Virus record (IMG/VR): IMGVR_UViG_3300012157_000002
Span: 1-55,658 of that record
DNA: 55,658 nt
From: a virus
Taxonomy: Duplodnaviria; Caudoviricetes
Reading direction: 5' to 3' (one strand)
Shown: positions 27,036 through 36,886 of the stretch, piece after piece
Position numbering within the stretch: position 1 is the stretch's first letter
Layout of the letters: every line of letters starts with the position of its first letter
Position numbers and translations under genes: made by a program
The notes under the pieces: generated by a model
Databases searched by the model: none
Told to the model about the DNA's origin: nothing
Seen by the model: only the letters and a program-made list of their open reading frames with translations

Positions 27036-27503
27036 TTAAAACCTCAGTTTGAACTTGTAGCCGTCTTCCTTGACGCCCATGTTTTGGATGTAGTTGCGAA
27101 TGACGCCGGTGCCCAGGAAGCCAACCTTCAGCAGCCAACCGGTGATGTCTTGTGGCTCCCCTGGGGAGCACAGCATCTCGGGCACCACGGCCTCTATCTC
27201 GTTGAGACCTTGCACGCGGGCGAAGGTCGTGGCTTCATGGATGAGCAGCCGGCCCGCCTTTCGTTTGCGAAAGGGCGGCTTGACGCCGACCTTGAATAGG
27301 TGGACGATCCTCGGCTCGTCGTTGACCACCACGAAAACTGCGAACCCGATTGGTGTGCCATAAAAGTGGGCGACCTTGACGGAGTAGCTCTCGATAGCGA
27401 AAGCCCACTCTTCGTTGGTCCACCCGTAGTCGAAGCACTTAACGTCACAGTCCTGTAGATGGACCATATCGCTAGGTCTTGCGTCACGTATCCCGAAGAT
27501 CAT
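27036..27503 (-). CDS. GNAT acetyltransferase (RimI-like)
   Basis: VGVKPPFRKRKAGRLLI; GF...G.IRNY. Confidence 0.75.
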   Translation of the reverse strand: MIFGIRDARPSDMVHLQDCDVKCFDYGWTNEEWAFAIESYSVKVAHFYGTPIGFAVFVVVNDEPRIVHLFKVGVKPPFRKRKAGRLLIHEATTFARVQGLNEIEAVVPEMLCSPGEPQDITGWLLKVGFLGTGVIRNYIQNMGVKEDGYKFKLRF

Positions 27504-27505
27504 TC

Positions 27506-28498
27506 CTATCCCCGATACTTGGGTCGCACGGTTTCAGCGAAGAACTTCTCAAGGTCCGACCCGTCGTTGATGAGCGAGATCGCTTGCTGCTCCAGGATCG
27601 ACTGTCGGTCGGCCGAGTCTTCGGGCGACAGGTCGCGGAAGATGTGACCGCTGTTGATGACTTCCCAGGCCGTCGTCAGCCGCTTGGCCAGATGTTCCTG
27701 GTACGAGCGTCGGACACGAGCGCGGTATGAGGACACTCGTAAGAGTGGCCTGCCTTCCTGGACAGGCTTGGCGACGATCTGATCGACGGACAGGACGACG
27801 TTCTGGTCGCCTACCGCTTCACCCTTCGACCAGCCGTACAGCGAAAGCTGGTCGGCCCAGCCGGTCGAGCAGTCCTCCAGATAGCCGGCGTCTATCACCA
27901 TGCCTTTCAGTTGCAGCGGCACGTATTGAGCATGAGCGGTCCCGTGACTCTTGTTCTGTTTGTCGGCCTTGAAGCCGTCGTTGCAGATCATGTAGCCCTT
28001 GTTCGGGCTGGTCGCGCTCTTGCCGCAAAAGCCGTTGACCTTCCAGTCGTGTACGACCTTAAGCGGGCCTTCGAGCACGAACCGAAGGTCAGGTTTGGCG
28101 AGGAACGGCACTCCGAGGATCAGGCAGCGAACCTCAAACTCCATTTGCGGCGGCTCAATCGCCTTCTTCAGAAGCTCCAGAAGCGTGTCGTACTGGCCAG
28201 CACGCTGGTAGCAGTCGAAGACGTACTTGCCTTCTTCGCGTGCCCAGTCTCGGTTGTGAGCTTCGACCTGGGCCTCGAACAACGCCTCGAACGTGTACTT
28301 CGGATCGTTGTTCGCGCCGAACAGGGCTTCGTGCAGCGCCGCCTTCACGTAAGCGTCGAAGGCCGAGCCAACCGACGCCGGCCGCTCTTGCGGCACACGC
28401 GGGGCACGGGTCTCGGCGAGATGTTTGATGAAAAATTCTTCCGAGTTCTTCTCAAACGTGCTCAGGCTGCTGTACGAGAGATATGTTGGGATTCGCAT
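27506..28498 (-). CDS. PD-(D/E)XK exonuclease (RecB/Cas4-like)
   Basis: LSYSSLSTF, GSAFD, KPDL, HDWK, QLSLYG. Confidence 0.75.
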   Translation of the reverse strand: MRIPTYLSYSSLSTFEKNSEEFFIKHLAETRAPRVPQERPASVGSAFDAYVKAALHEALFGANNDPKYTFEALFEAQVEAHNRDWAREEGKYVFDCYQRAGQYDTLLELLKKAIEPPQMEFEVRCLILGVPFLAKPDLRFVLEGPLKVVHDWKVNGFCGKSATSPNKGYMICNDGFKADKQNKSHGTAHAQYVPLQLKGMVIDAGYLEDCSTGWADQLSLYGWSKGEAVGDQNVVLSVDQIVAKPVQEGRPLLRVSSYRARVRRSYQEHLAKRLTTAWEVINSGHIFRDLSPEDSADRQSILEQQAISLINDGSDLEKFFAETVRPKYRG

Positions 28499-28935
28499 GG
28501 AAACTTAAACAGGAACTCGACACTAGGGAACTGCCCGTCGTCCATTAGCGTCCAGCCTCGGACTCCATAGGCCGCAAGCGGGATGATGAACTTCAGGTTG
28601 GGGATCAGCTTTCGGTTAGCCAGGGCGTCCCGAATGGGAAGCCAGAACACAGGCTCAGCAGTCTTCTGCTCCCACATCTCGGGATGATGAGAGACGTGAC
28701 CGATGACGTGGACTCGCCAGCCGTCTCCGTTAATCACGCCGATTGGAAAGACGTGAAACGAGATGATGCCGGCTTCCTCGTACAACTCACGGGCTGCGGC
28801 CATCTCGGGCGTCTCGTCCGCTTCGATCGAACCTCCAGGTAGGTTCAGTCGGCCTCGCTGCCAATCAGGTTTGATCTTCTGGATCAGGAGCACGCTTCCT
28901 TCGTGCTCCACGAAACACAATGCGTACTCTTTCAT
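28462..28935 (-). CDS. NUDIX hydrolase
   Basis: GGSIEADETPEMAAARELYEEAGI. Confidence 0.93.
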   Translation of the reverse strand: MKEYALCFVEHEGSVLLIQKIKPDWQRGRLNLPGGSIEADETPEMAAARELYEEAGIISFHVFPIGVINGDGWRVHVIGHVSHHPEMWEQKTAEPVFWLPIRDALANRKLIPNLKFIIPLAAYGVRGWTLMDDGQFPSVEFLFKFPCESQHISRTAA

Positions 28936-29591
28936 TTCTTGCGCTTGAGCGACTCCACGGCTGCGACGGCCTTCTTGCCCATCTCGTAGTCAGCAATCCG
29001 ACCCGTAGGTCCGTAGCAAAGAATCTCAATGACCTGCGTTAGATGCTTTCCGCACAGGTCTAGGTGCTTGCCCACGGTTTCGTTTTCGATCCCGTTGTAT
29101 TCACGGTCGGTTGCAATGAAGAACCGATCCGTCGGCGGCACCTTCGCGCCGCAGACATCACAGAGGTTGAAGTCAGGTGTCACAGGTTCTCCAACTTCGA
29201 CCGGACGATCGGCAGCAGATTCGCACGGAGGAACGTGATCTCGTCAGGACTCAGTACAAGCTCACCGGAGTACGCCCCTCGTGGGTCGTGATAGATGTAC
29301 TTGATCGTCACTGAGTTCCCTGTGCCTCCGGCGTGCTCCAACATCGTTTGGAGTCGAAGCAATCGCTCGGCTTCGCTGACCCGATCCTTCAAGGTGTTGA
29401 GTTCTTCTTGGCCTTTCATTTCGATGTCCTCTCACGCAGGCGACTGACTGTGCATTCGCCGTACTCGCTGAACCGAGTCTGGAACTCGACGTATGCTTCA
29501 GCCTCGGTGCCACCTTCGAGCGGGACGATTCGGAGCACGGTCACTGGTTGCCCGAGGTAGTCGTATTCCTGACCGACGATTGGCAGAGTGT

Positions 29592-30749
29592 TCACGCAGC
29601 CTCCGGCAGGACAGACGGGATGATGTCGGCTACCGGCGTGGCGTCGGCGATGATCTCGCCGTAGTCCTCGCCGCCCTTGCGATCGAGGTAGTCAGCCGAC
29701 ACCGACTTCAGGATCAGTCGGCCGTACAGCTTCTCGTCGAAGCGTTCGCTGATCGGCTTGACCACGACGCCCTCGCGCCCCTTGAACTTGCCGGTGTGCT
29801 CACCGGCTACCGCCCGACCGTCGCGAAGCTCGAACAGCTTCTCTTGGCTGAACGTCCCGCAGTAAAGCTCGGGCACCGTGGGCACGCTGAACTTGTCGCA
29901 CTTGATCTTGACGACGGCCCAGTCCAGGTAGCGGCCGTTGACGCTGATGTCGAACACACGGTAGCCACGGGCCGATCGCTCGACGCCGTAGTCCATGTCC
30001 TGGATGCTCGGGCCAAAGATTTCTCCGAACAGGATGACGTTGTGCTGCTCGTTGCAGAGATCGGTCAACAGGTCCATCACGCCGGGATGGCTCAGGACTT
30101 CCCAGTACACGCAGAACCGACCTTCATCGGCCGGCTTGCGGTTGACGTGGTGCGAGCCAGCGAAGAACCGGAACTCGCCATCGACGTTGATGACGCCGAC
30201 CCGGCTGTTGGTCCCGTGAATCTTCTCGGTGACAACGACCGTCTCGCCCGGCACGAACGACTCGGTGTGCCGCCAATAGTGCTCGATCGACGTGTATTCG
30301 TGGAACGACGGGTGCTCCGGGGCGGCCTCGGCTGCCATGATGGCCTGCGGCCGGCGTGGCGGCTCGTACTTCACGGCCTGGACGAAGGCGCTGACATCGG
30401 TGCCGATCGCAGGGTAGTCGTCCGGGTGCCCGAAGATTTCGGACATCGGGACAGCAAAACCGAACGACGGGAAGCTGCGCAGGCGGCAGGCGGCGACTCG
30501 GCACTGCGTCTTGATCGGGTCTCCTGGGTAGCAGGCGTGCTTCAGGTACTTCTTGACGCCGAGCTTGTCAGCCTGAAGCTCGGGGATTAGAAGGTCGGGT
30601 GGGAAGTACACGACGGGCTGGCCGGCGGAGAACGTCCCCTTACCAACGACGACCGTGGCCCCACGGATCGTGGCGACCTCCAGGCGATCGGCGTTGGGAT
30701 GCGGATTGATGGCGTCGATCGACACCACTTCAGCGAAACATTGGCTCAT
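29592..30749 (-). CDS. ATP-dependent RNA ligase, DRB0094/Rnl5 family
   Basis: N-terminal OB fold HPNADRLE; TEKIHGTN, GEIFG, FDI, REGVVVK, LKSVS. Confidence 0.92.
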   Translation of the reverse strand: MSQCFAEVVSIDAINPHPNADRLEVATIRGATVVVGKGTFSAGQPVVYFPPDLLIPELQADKLGVKKYLKHACYPGDPIKTQCRVAACRLRSFPSFGFAVPMSEIFGHPDDYPAIGTDVSAFVQAVKYEPPRRPQAIMAAEAAPEHPSFHEYTSIEHYWRHTESFVPGETVVVTEKIHGTNSRVGVINVDGEFRFFAGSHHVNRKPADEGRFCVYWEVLSHPGVMDLLTDLCNEQHNVILFGEIFGPSIQDMDYGVERSARGYRVFDISVNGRYLDWAVVKIKCDKFSVPTVPELYCGTFSQEKLFELRDGRAVAGEHTGKFKGREGVVVKPISERFDEKLYGRLILKSVSADYLDRKGGEDYGEIIADATPVADIIPSVLPEAA

Positions 30750-30807
30750 AGGCGCACCGCTAGACATATGAGGGAAATGTGACCAGGAGCCGCCCGACCA
30801 GGGAGGG

Positions 30808-31068
30808 CTAGGGGATGCTGGCGACGAACAGGGTGGCAAGCAGGCCGACGACGGCCAGCGGGCCGTAGTTGGCGAACCATTCATAGTTCAGGTTCATGCT
30901 GCCGAGCATCTGATAGTAGGCCAGCAGCAGAATGCTCGGGTCTTCATAGACGCCGCTGAGGGCGTCGGCGAAGCCGAGGAACTCGACCAGCGTGCTGGCC
31001 GTGCCGATGCACAACAGGGTCAGTGCGACGGACGAGGCAAGCAGGGTTGCGTAACGGAGGTACTTCAT
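30808..31068 (-). CDS. membrane protein
   Basis: multiple hydrophobic segments. Confidence 0.6.
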   Translation of the reverse strand: MKYLRYATLLASSVALTLLCIGTASTLVEFLGFADALSGVYEDPSILLLAYYQMLGSMNLNYEWFANYGPLAVVGLLATLFVASIP

Positions 31069-31107
31069 GTAGATTTGAGTGGCGACAATCGCTCACGGGT
31101 AAAGGAA

Positions 31108-31323
31108 ATGAACAAACTCACAGAACTTTTCGTGGAACACTGCCAACGTAAATCAACCGCACTTGAAGCGGTCGAGCAGTTGGTCGAAGACCTCAACAGG
31201 GGCACAGACGAGCAGGGAACCCAGTTAGCGGTGTACCGCTACACGGACTCGATCCACAAGGAATTCATGGCCTGGATTGCCACCTTTGATCTTCAAGCCG
31301 CTGCCCGTAAGTTGCAGGAGTAG
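31108..31323 (+). CDS. small opposite-strand hypothetical protein
   Basis: AAGGA before the ATG; fills a gap between minus-strand genes. Confidence 0.55.
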   Translation: MNKLTELFVEHCQRKSTALEAVEQLVEDLNRGTDEQGTQLAVYRYTDSIHKEFMAWIATFDLQAAARKLQE

Positions 31324-32003
31324 TGCTTGCGTCCCGGCTTGAAGTACAGTCGTTCGACTCGGGCGCAGCCCCTGCCTGTCTTGTCCTTCATAGTGGTGGT
31401 CACAGCCTTCTGCCAAACCATCTGGATGTCGGCCGGTGCCGTGTACTCGGACACGAGCACGGATTGCTTCCGACTGCGGACCCAATCCCAAAATTCATCG
31501 TGATCGAATTCGCCGCAGGAATAATTGGTTGAGCCTTTATACGGCGGGTCGCAGTAGATAACGTCTGCGTCCTCGTCTAAGTCCTTGTAAGACCGGCAGC
31601 AGAACTCCACGTCCTGGATCAGCGGCGCTAGCTTCAGCAGGTTCGCTTTGGCGATCGTGCCGAAGTCGTTCATGCTAGGGTCACGAGCAAACCCGCCGAA
31701 GAATTTACCGTAGAAGCTGCAACCGAAACCGACGAATCCTCGTAGAGGGGAAGGCTCGGCGTGGCGTAACTTGTTGTATGTGTCTTCTGAGATTTTGGTT
31801 GGTGGTTCCCAACCTTTCTGGACCGCTTGCAATAGCAGGATCAGGTCGGGGTGGATGTCGCTTGCTGTCCGACTCTTGCACTTGATATGTTTGCCCACCG
31901 AGAAGACGCCGCAGAATGGTTCGGCGTAAACAACAGGGTTGAGATTCTGGATGATGCCGGCAAGCTGCTTGCCAATGCGCATCTTTCCACCCATGTATCT
32001 CAT
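31293..32003 (-). CDS. DNA adenine methyltransferase (Dam/D12-like)
   Basis: MRYMGGK, EPFCG, YCDPPY, VSEY. Confidence 0.92.
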   Translation of the reverse strand: MRYMGGKMRIGKQLAGIIQNLNPVVYAEPFCGVFSVGKHIKCKSRTASDIHPDLILLLQAVQKGWEPPTKISEDTYNKLRHAEPSPLRGFVGFGCSFYGKFFGGFARDPSMNDFGTIAKANLLKLAPLIQDVEFCCRSYKDLDEDADVIYCDPPYKGSTNYSCGEFDHDEFWDWVRSRKQSVLVSEYTAPADIQMVWQKAVTTTMKDKTGRGCARVERLYFKPGRKHYSCNLRAAA

Positions 32004-32887
32004 TCGTGTCCCTTTCGGAAGATAAAGACTTCCATGAAGCGGCACCCCTTGTCCTTCTGGTATTTAAGACGTTCCAACATCTCGTAGTTGAAAAGCCAAT
32101 CCGCGATGCAGGCCGCGTGTGCGTCGGGGTGGTTCTTGTACTTAGCCCGAAGAGCGTCTTGGAAAGGACCAGCGTTGCGGAAGGCATTCAAGCATTGCGT
32201 TGTGAGTGCGATGAATGAAGCGTTCTGGGCTTCGTTGATAGGTTGTAGGTACGCATACATCGACCGGCCGGCGTAGCCCATCACGTCGGCGTTAATAAGG
32301 TCATATTGCGCGTCAGCGAAGCCTGGCGCTACGACAAACTCTTGTATCCGGCAGTTGTAGTCCGTCGTCTGGACACCCAACTCAGCCTTCCTTTTCCTCC
32401 AGTCCTTCAGTACCCCCTCAGCACACTCAACATTGTCGATCTGAGTGCGTGGATTACGTGCTATCGCGGCTTGCACGCAGTTGCCAGAGATGGACGCAAG
32501 GGTCAGCAATCGTGGCGACCCCGTTTCCGGCAGATACTCCATGATCTTCTTGGCGGCCGACCGTTTCATCGGATACTCAAAGTCGTACTCCCGTTGTGGT
32601 TTTGACCTGCTGCCCTTCAACACATGGACAATCCGTCCGTTGTCTAACTTTTCCTTCTGCCATACGTCCGTGTACCAAGACGATTCAGCCAGGGTGTTAG
32701 CACCTGTCCCGTCGAGCGTACCGTTCAACACCTGCTTGGACATCTTCAACCTGTCGGCGATGTAGTCCTGCAAATCGGTGTTGAAGACTTGCGACTTACC
32801 TTGGGCTATCATCTCGGTCATGTACCGCTCGGCCATTTGATTGGCCGAAGGCTTTCGTTTGTGCGGAGCGGTAGCAGTGGCGGGCAT
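32000..32887 (-). CDS. hypothetical protein, possible degenerate Rossmann methyltransferase fold
   Basis: LLTLAS..G, IDNVE, YDLINAD pattern. Confidence 0.55.
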   Translation of the reverse strand: MPATATAPHKRKPSANQMAERYMTEMIAQGKSQVFNTDLQDYIADRLKMSKQVLNGTLDGTGANTLAESSWYTDVWQKEKLDNGRIVHVLKGSRSKPQREYDFEYPMKRSAAKKIMEYLPETGSPRLLTLASISGNCVQAAIARNPRTQIDNVECAEGVLKDWRKRKAELGVQTTDYNCRIQEFVVAPGFADAQYDLINADVMGYAGRSMYAYLQPINEAQNASFIALTTQCLNAFRNAGPFQDALRAKYKNHPDAHAACIADWLFNYEMLERLKYQKDKGCRFMEVFIFRKGHE

Positions 32888-32939
32888 GGTTTTTAGTGGA
32901 ATAAGAAGTTGGATTAAGAAGGTGGATTGAGAGTGTTCG

Positions 32940-34058
32940 CTATTCCTGGTCCCTTTGTCTCAGGTATCGGGCTTCTTTGGGGATACCGTCGTCGGACAGT
33001 TCACGGTAAATGAACGTCACGGTGTCGCCGACCTTGAAGTGCTTCCCTTGGAAGCCTTCGGACATTTCCGTGCCGGGGTGGCGACTGGCAACCTCTCGCA
33101 TGTCGGCAGTGTCGAACTCTCGTTCCTCGTCAGTGAGGCCAGCGAGTTCCAGGCGTTTTCCGTTGTAGTCCAGGATCAGCGCCCCGATCTTGCCGAGCAG
33201 CTTGCTGCCCTTGTCGGTGCGTCGGCCCGACGTGAATCCCACGACGACGCCTTCGTCGTCGTCGAACGGTTTGTATTTCAGCAGCGACTCCACGCGCTTC
33301 GGCGTCCAGGTCGCCGTCGGATCGCGGACGATGACGCCTTCGCCACCGGCGTCGATCGCCTTGCTCAGAAGCTCTTCCAGCATCCCCCGTGCGGACTTCT
33401 CGTCCTCGGGCAGCTTCACCTGCTTGTGCAGGAAGACCCGCTCATGGGTCAGCGTGTCGCGGAGAGCCATCAGTTCGTGCTCGAACGTAGCGTCTTCGTC
33501 CAGCGACACGAAGTTCGGTCGGTTTCTCTCGATCGCCAAGTCCACCCACTTTGCAAAGCAGTCGAGGGTGAAGGTCGAATGGAAGTTTGAGTTCTTGATC
33601 TCGCCGCTCTGGATCACCAGATTCATAGAGGGGCAGCCGTAGGCTGCATAATGAATTTGGTCAAAGCGTGGGTCGGGTTCATCACCGCCGCAGATCGAGC
33701 GGCACAGTTGGAAATTGCCACGGCCCGCCCACAGTTCCCCGTCCAGCGGGCAGGGTGGAAGCAGGTCCAGGAACCAGTCGGGAGCGATGATCGGGTTCCC
33801 GTACCGACTCCACAGGCCGGTGGCCAGCGGCTTGATCTTGGCCTTCCGCTTACCGGTCTTTGGGTCTTTCACGCTTGCATAAGGAACCGTATCGGTCTCC
33901 AGGCCGCGCGAGATGCCGCCGTCCCAGAAGCAGCGGGTGCCGTCCAGCTTCTCGCTGACGTACCAGCCGCCGATGCTATCGGGCTTCTTCCCTTTGTCCA
34001 GAGTCTTTGCGAGTTGCAAGAACTCTCGGCGCGGAGGTCCAGATTTCTTCTTAGCCAC
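32940..34058 (-). CDS. ATP-dependent DNA ligase
   Basis: SEKLDGTR, LDGELW, GEGVIVR, LLKYK, C-terminal OB fold. Confidence 0.93.
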   Translation of the reverse strand: MAKKKSGPPRREFLQLAKTLDKGKKPDSIGGWYVSEKLDGTRCFWDGGISRGLETDTVPYASVKDPKTGKRKAKIKPLATGLWSRYGNPIIAPDWFLDLLPPCPLDGELWAGRGNFQLCRSICGGDEPDPRFDQIHYAAYGCPSMNLVIQSGEIKNSNFHSTFTLDCFAKWVDLAIERNRPNFVSLDEDATFEHELMALRDTLTHERVFLHKQVKLPEDEKSARGMLEELLSKAIDAGGEGVIVRDPTATWTPKRVESLLKYKPFDDDEGVVVGFTSGRRTDKGSKLLGKIGALILDYNGKRLELAGLTDEEREFDTADMREVASRHPGTEMSEGFQGKHFKVGDTVTFIYRELSDDGIPKEARYLRQRDQE

Positions 34059-34272
34059 AGCAGGGTTCCAGTAGGGAGGCTCGTTCGCTGCGAGCCAAGA
34101 CAGAATCCATCGACTGTCGCTCGAATGCGCGGCGGTCGATCTTGGTCGGATAGAAACCGAGTTCCACCGGCCGTCCCGTCCGGGCGTGTAGGTCCATCGC
34201 CCGTGCAACCCATTCGGTCGGAATAAACAGGATGGTCGGCAGTTCGTCGTGATTCATGGTGTAGCTCCACGT

Positions 34273-34302
34273 GTGCTACACACGAACCTGGCCGGTGGAG
34301 AC
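34273..34302 (-). promoter_or_regulatory. bipartite promoter-like motif GTCTCCA-N13-TGTGTAGCAC
   Basis: intergenic; upstream of the ligase-containing unit. Confidence 0.65.
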
Positions 34303-34668
34303 CTAAGCGTCTTTGTCCGACTTAATTTTCATCGGGCACTCAAGCGGAAAGCCCTCGGGCGGCTTGATGCCCGCCTTCTCCAGCAACGTGTGGCAGTCCC
34401 GTATGTGTTTACCGGCGGCCGACAGTTCCTCGGACATCTCATTAGCGGCGGCGATCACTTGGACGTGATCGTCCCAGAGCTTGTTCAGCGCGAACTCCAG
34501 GCGATCGCACCGGTCCGACGCCGAGAACGCCACCTGGGCGATCAGGTCGGAGTTGTTCATGTGGAACTGGGCGAGGCCCGTCGTCATCGTGTACGAGTTC
34601 AGAGCAGTGACGCCCGCCACGATCAGCACCAGGGCGAGAGTGACGAGGTTGTGTCGCAAGAAATTCAT
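34303..34668 (-). CDS. membrane-anchored coiled-coil protein
   Basis: N-terminal TM helix. Confidence 0.65.
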   Translation of the reverse strand: MNFLRHNLVTLALVLIVAGVTALNSYTMTTGLAQFHMNNSDLIAQVAFSASDRCDRLEFALNKLWDDHVQVIAAANEMSEELSAAGKHIRDCHTLLEKAGIKPPEGFPLECPMKIKSDKDA

Positions 34669-35282
34669 GCAGCGATTCTCCGAGATACTGATTCGTAGCA
34701 GCGGAAACGATCCGCCAGATGCACATCAGTGTTTAGATGGTGGTTTGTGTTCCACGGGCGGGGCACGAGGATGGCATGGCCGCCGTGCTCACGGAAAAGT
34801 TTGCAGTTGTCGTCGCTGTCATCGATCAACAGCGTGTCGGGCCTGGCACAGAAGTATTTGCGAGGCCCGACGAGGTATTGGCGATGCAGCCAGCTTGGCA
34901 GATTGTCGTGAATCCACTCCAACTTGCCGGCGAGTGACTCGGGGTCTTTGGTCGGCGACGTGAGGATGCAGACGTTCTCACGGCCGACTTGACGCTCAGC
35001 GGATTCGATCAAGAAGTCGAACTGAGGCGACTTGGGTGTGTGCGACCACGCTGAGCGAGGCACGGAGTCCCAGAAGGCTTGAATCGAGAACGACTCAAAG
35101 TCCTGGGGGTTCGGCTCAAGAACCTTCAACTTCTCGTAGGCGTCGATAATCCCGTAACCGACCTCCACCGGGAAACGGTCATAGTCATACGGCCCGATGT
35201 TCAACCCTCGCACCGCCCCGAGAATGTGCAGCGTCAATGTGTTGAGCGTGTCGTCCAGGTCTAAGAGAATTCTTCGGATCAT
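34665..35282 (-). CDS. 5'(3')-deoxyribonucleotidase, HAD (NT5C-like)
   Basis: LLDLDDTL, ILTSP, K.EWI, LLIDD. Confidence 0.88.
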   Translation of the reverse strand: MIRRILLDLDDTLNTLTLHILGAVRGLNIGPYDYDRFPVEVGYGIIDAYEKLKVLEPNPQDFESFSIQAFWDSVPRSAWSHTPKSPQFDFLIESAERQVGRENVCILTSPTKDPESLAGKLEWIHDNLPSWLHRQYLVGPRKYFCARPDTLLIDDSDDNCKLFREHGGHAILVPRPWNTNHHLNTDVHLADRFRCYESVSRRIAA

Positions 35283-35953
35283 ACTTCGCCGTCGTACTCA
35301 GGGTTGCGTTGCAGGAAGCGGGCATAGATGCCGCGCCGCATCATGTAGGTCGTGGTTTTGGGGATGCCGAGAATCTCCGCGATCTCTGCATCCGACCGGC
35401 CATCGGCTCGATGTTTCACGATCTGGCGTTCGGTGGGCGATTCGCAGCAGCCCAAGAGTTCGTCCATGAGATCGACGAGGCTTCGGGGATCACGTTCCCC
35501 ATCCTTCTTCAGCACATCATCGATTGAAGCCGAACCGTCCTTGTCCGGCCGATCAATCAGCTTGCCCTTGGCCTTGTTCTCCATGTACGTCCGCTTGGGT
35601 ACGCGGATCGTGGCTTCCTGATCCATCAACTCGCCGAGGGCCTTCTGGATGTGGAACGACATGAACCCCAGAGGGTTAGGGTTCGGCACGTCCGACCCAA
35701 CCATGTTGTTCACGGCCGTCACAAGGCCGACGTAGCCCTGGGAGATCAGGTCGTCCCGCAGGTGTTGGCACTTCGGGAACTTGGCTAAGTAAGCCGAGAC
35801 CCGGTTGCCGACCAGCGGCGAGTTGACCTGGATCATCTCTTCGCGGGCGGCAGGATCACCGGCCACGACGAGAGGATACAGGCGGGCGTTCGCGCCCTGG
35901 GTGACAGCCGGCATCGGCCGCTTCAGGATTTCAATGTCTTTTGCTGCGGGCAT
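35279..35953 (-). CDS. sigma-70 family sigma factor (second copy, group 3-like)
   Basis: GDPAAREEMI..N.PLV, DDLISQGYVGL..AV, IRVP, AEIAEILGI. Confidence 0.85.
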   Translation of the reverse strand: MPAAKDIEILKRPMPAVTQGANARLYPLVVAGDPAAREEMIQVNSPLVGNRVSAYLAKFPKCQHLRDDLISQGYVGLVTAVNNMVGSDVPNPNPLGFMSFHIQKALGELMDQEATIRVPKRTYMENKAKGKLIDRPDKDGSASIDDVLKKDGERDPRSLVDLMDELLGCCESPTERQIVKHRADGRSDAEIAEILGIPKTTTYMMRRGIYARFLQRNPEYDGEV

Positions 35954-36468
35954 TCGTCAACGATCCAGAGGCATGATGGGTAGAACCCACGGTCTTCACA
36001 TGCCTTGAAAGAGAAGGGGTACGTGTCTCCGTCCGGGTCGATGATTAGACCCATGAAGAACGTGACGGCGTGGTGAGAGACCCGGCAGCGGCCAGTGAGA
36101 ACGCCACGCCGGTTGTCTATCAGGCGTTGGAACATCTGCCGACGCATCGCTGTGTCGATCAGCAGCGGATGGACGATGCTGCGGCCTTCGTGGGCCGGGT
36201 GCGGGTTAGGTGAACGGGGAAGGGACGCTGGGATCAACTCGAACGGCGTGACGGTGAAGCCCATGAGCATCGATGCCATGATGAGTTCCTGGTGATGGAA
36301 CCCACGTCGGCAGAAAGGCTCACGCATTCCTGGATATGTGATCTCGCCGCCGTTGTGACCGATCAGGCGGATGAACTCGCTGATCGGTTGATTGGTAGCC
36401 ATCGCATAGGACGTGATCTCGCACGACCATTGGTTCGATTTAACAATCGGTGTCGGTGGCTTCATCAT
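35923..36468 (-). CDS. hypothetical protein (possible papain-like C39 fold)
   Basis: Q.SC near the N-terminus and HAV...IIDP near the C-terminus. Confidence 0.45.
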   Translation of the reverse strand: MMKPPTPIVKSNQWSCEITSYAMATNQPISEFIRLIGHNGGEITYPGMREPFCRRGFHHQELIMASMLMGFTVTPFELIPASLPRSPNPHPAHEGRSIVHPLLIDTAMRRQMFQRLIDNRRGVLTGRCRVSHHAVTFFMGLIIDPDGDTYPFSFKACEDRGFYPSCLWIVDECPQQKTLKS

Positions 36469-36886
36469 CTAGGCGTATCTCGGCCAGGAGCTTGTCGATG
36501 TCTGGAATCTCGCCCCACTGGGGTTTCCAGTAGTCGCGCCAGTTCGGTGGCTTGAAGAGCTTGTCGTACTCAGACTGCGTGGCGGCGGTGATGATCCAGA
36601 TGCCGACGCCATAGCTCTCCCAGAGTGGCCACTTGCGCTTCTGGGGTTTGGTGAACGTGTAGCGGCCCTCGACTTTGCAGTCGATCCACCGCGACCCCCA
36701 CTTGATGTGGTGGATGTATAAATCGGGGATGCCCATCTGAAAGGCGTTCCCGATCATGCGTTCAACCAGCCATTGACGAGCCTTTAAGAACTCGATCAAG
36801 TCTCGCTGGATGAACCATTCCGGCCCGTGGAGGGCACGCTTTATTCGACCCACTTGTAGTACACCGTCTCTCGCAGCATGGGTCAC
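36440..36886 (-). CDS. VRR-NUC-like nuclease/resolvase
   Basis: E..IQ, GIPDLY, WIDCK, Q. Confidence 0.75.
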   Translation of the reverse strand: MTHAARDGVLQVGRIKRALHGPEWFIQRDLIEFLKARQWLVERMIGNAFQMGIPDLYIHHIKWGSRWIDCKVEGRYTFTKPQKRKWPLWESYGVGIWIITAATQSEYDKLFKPPNWRDYWKPQWGEIPDIDKLLAEIRLDDEATDTDC

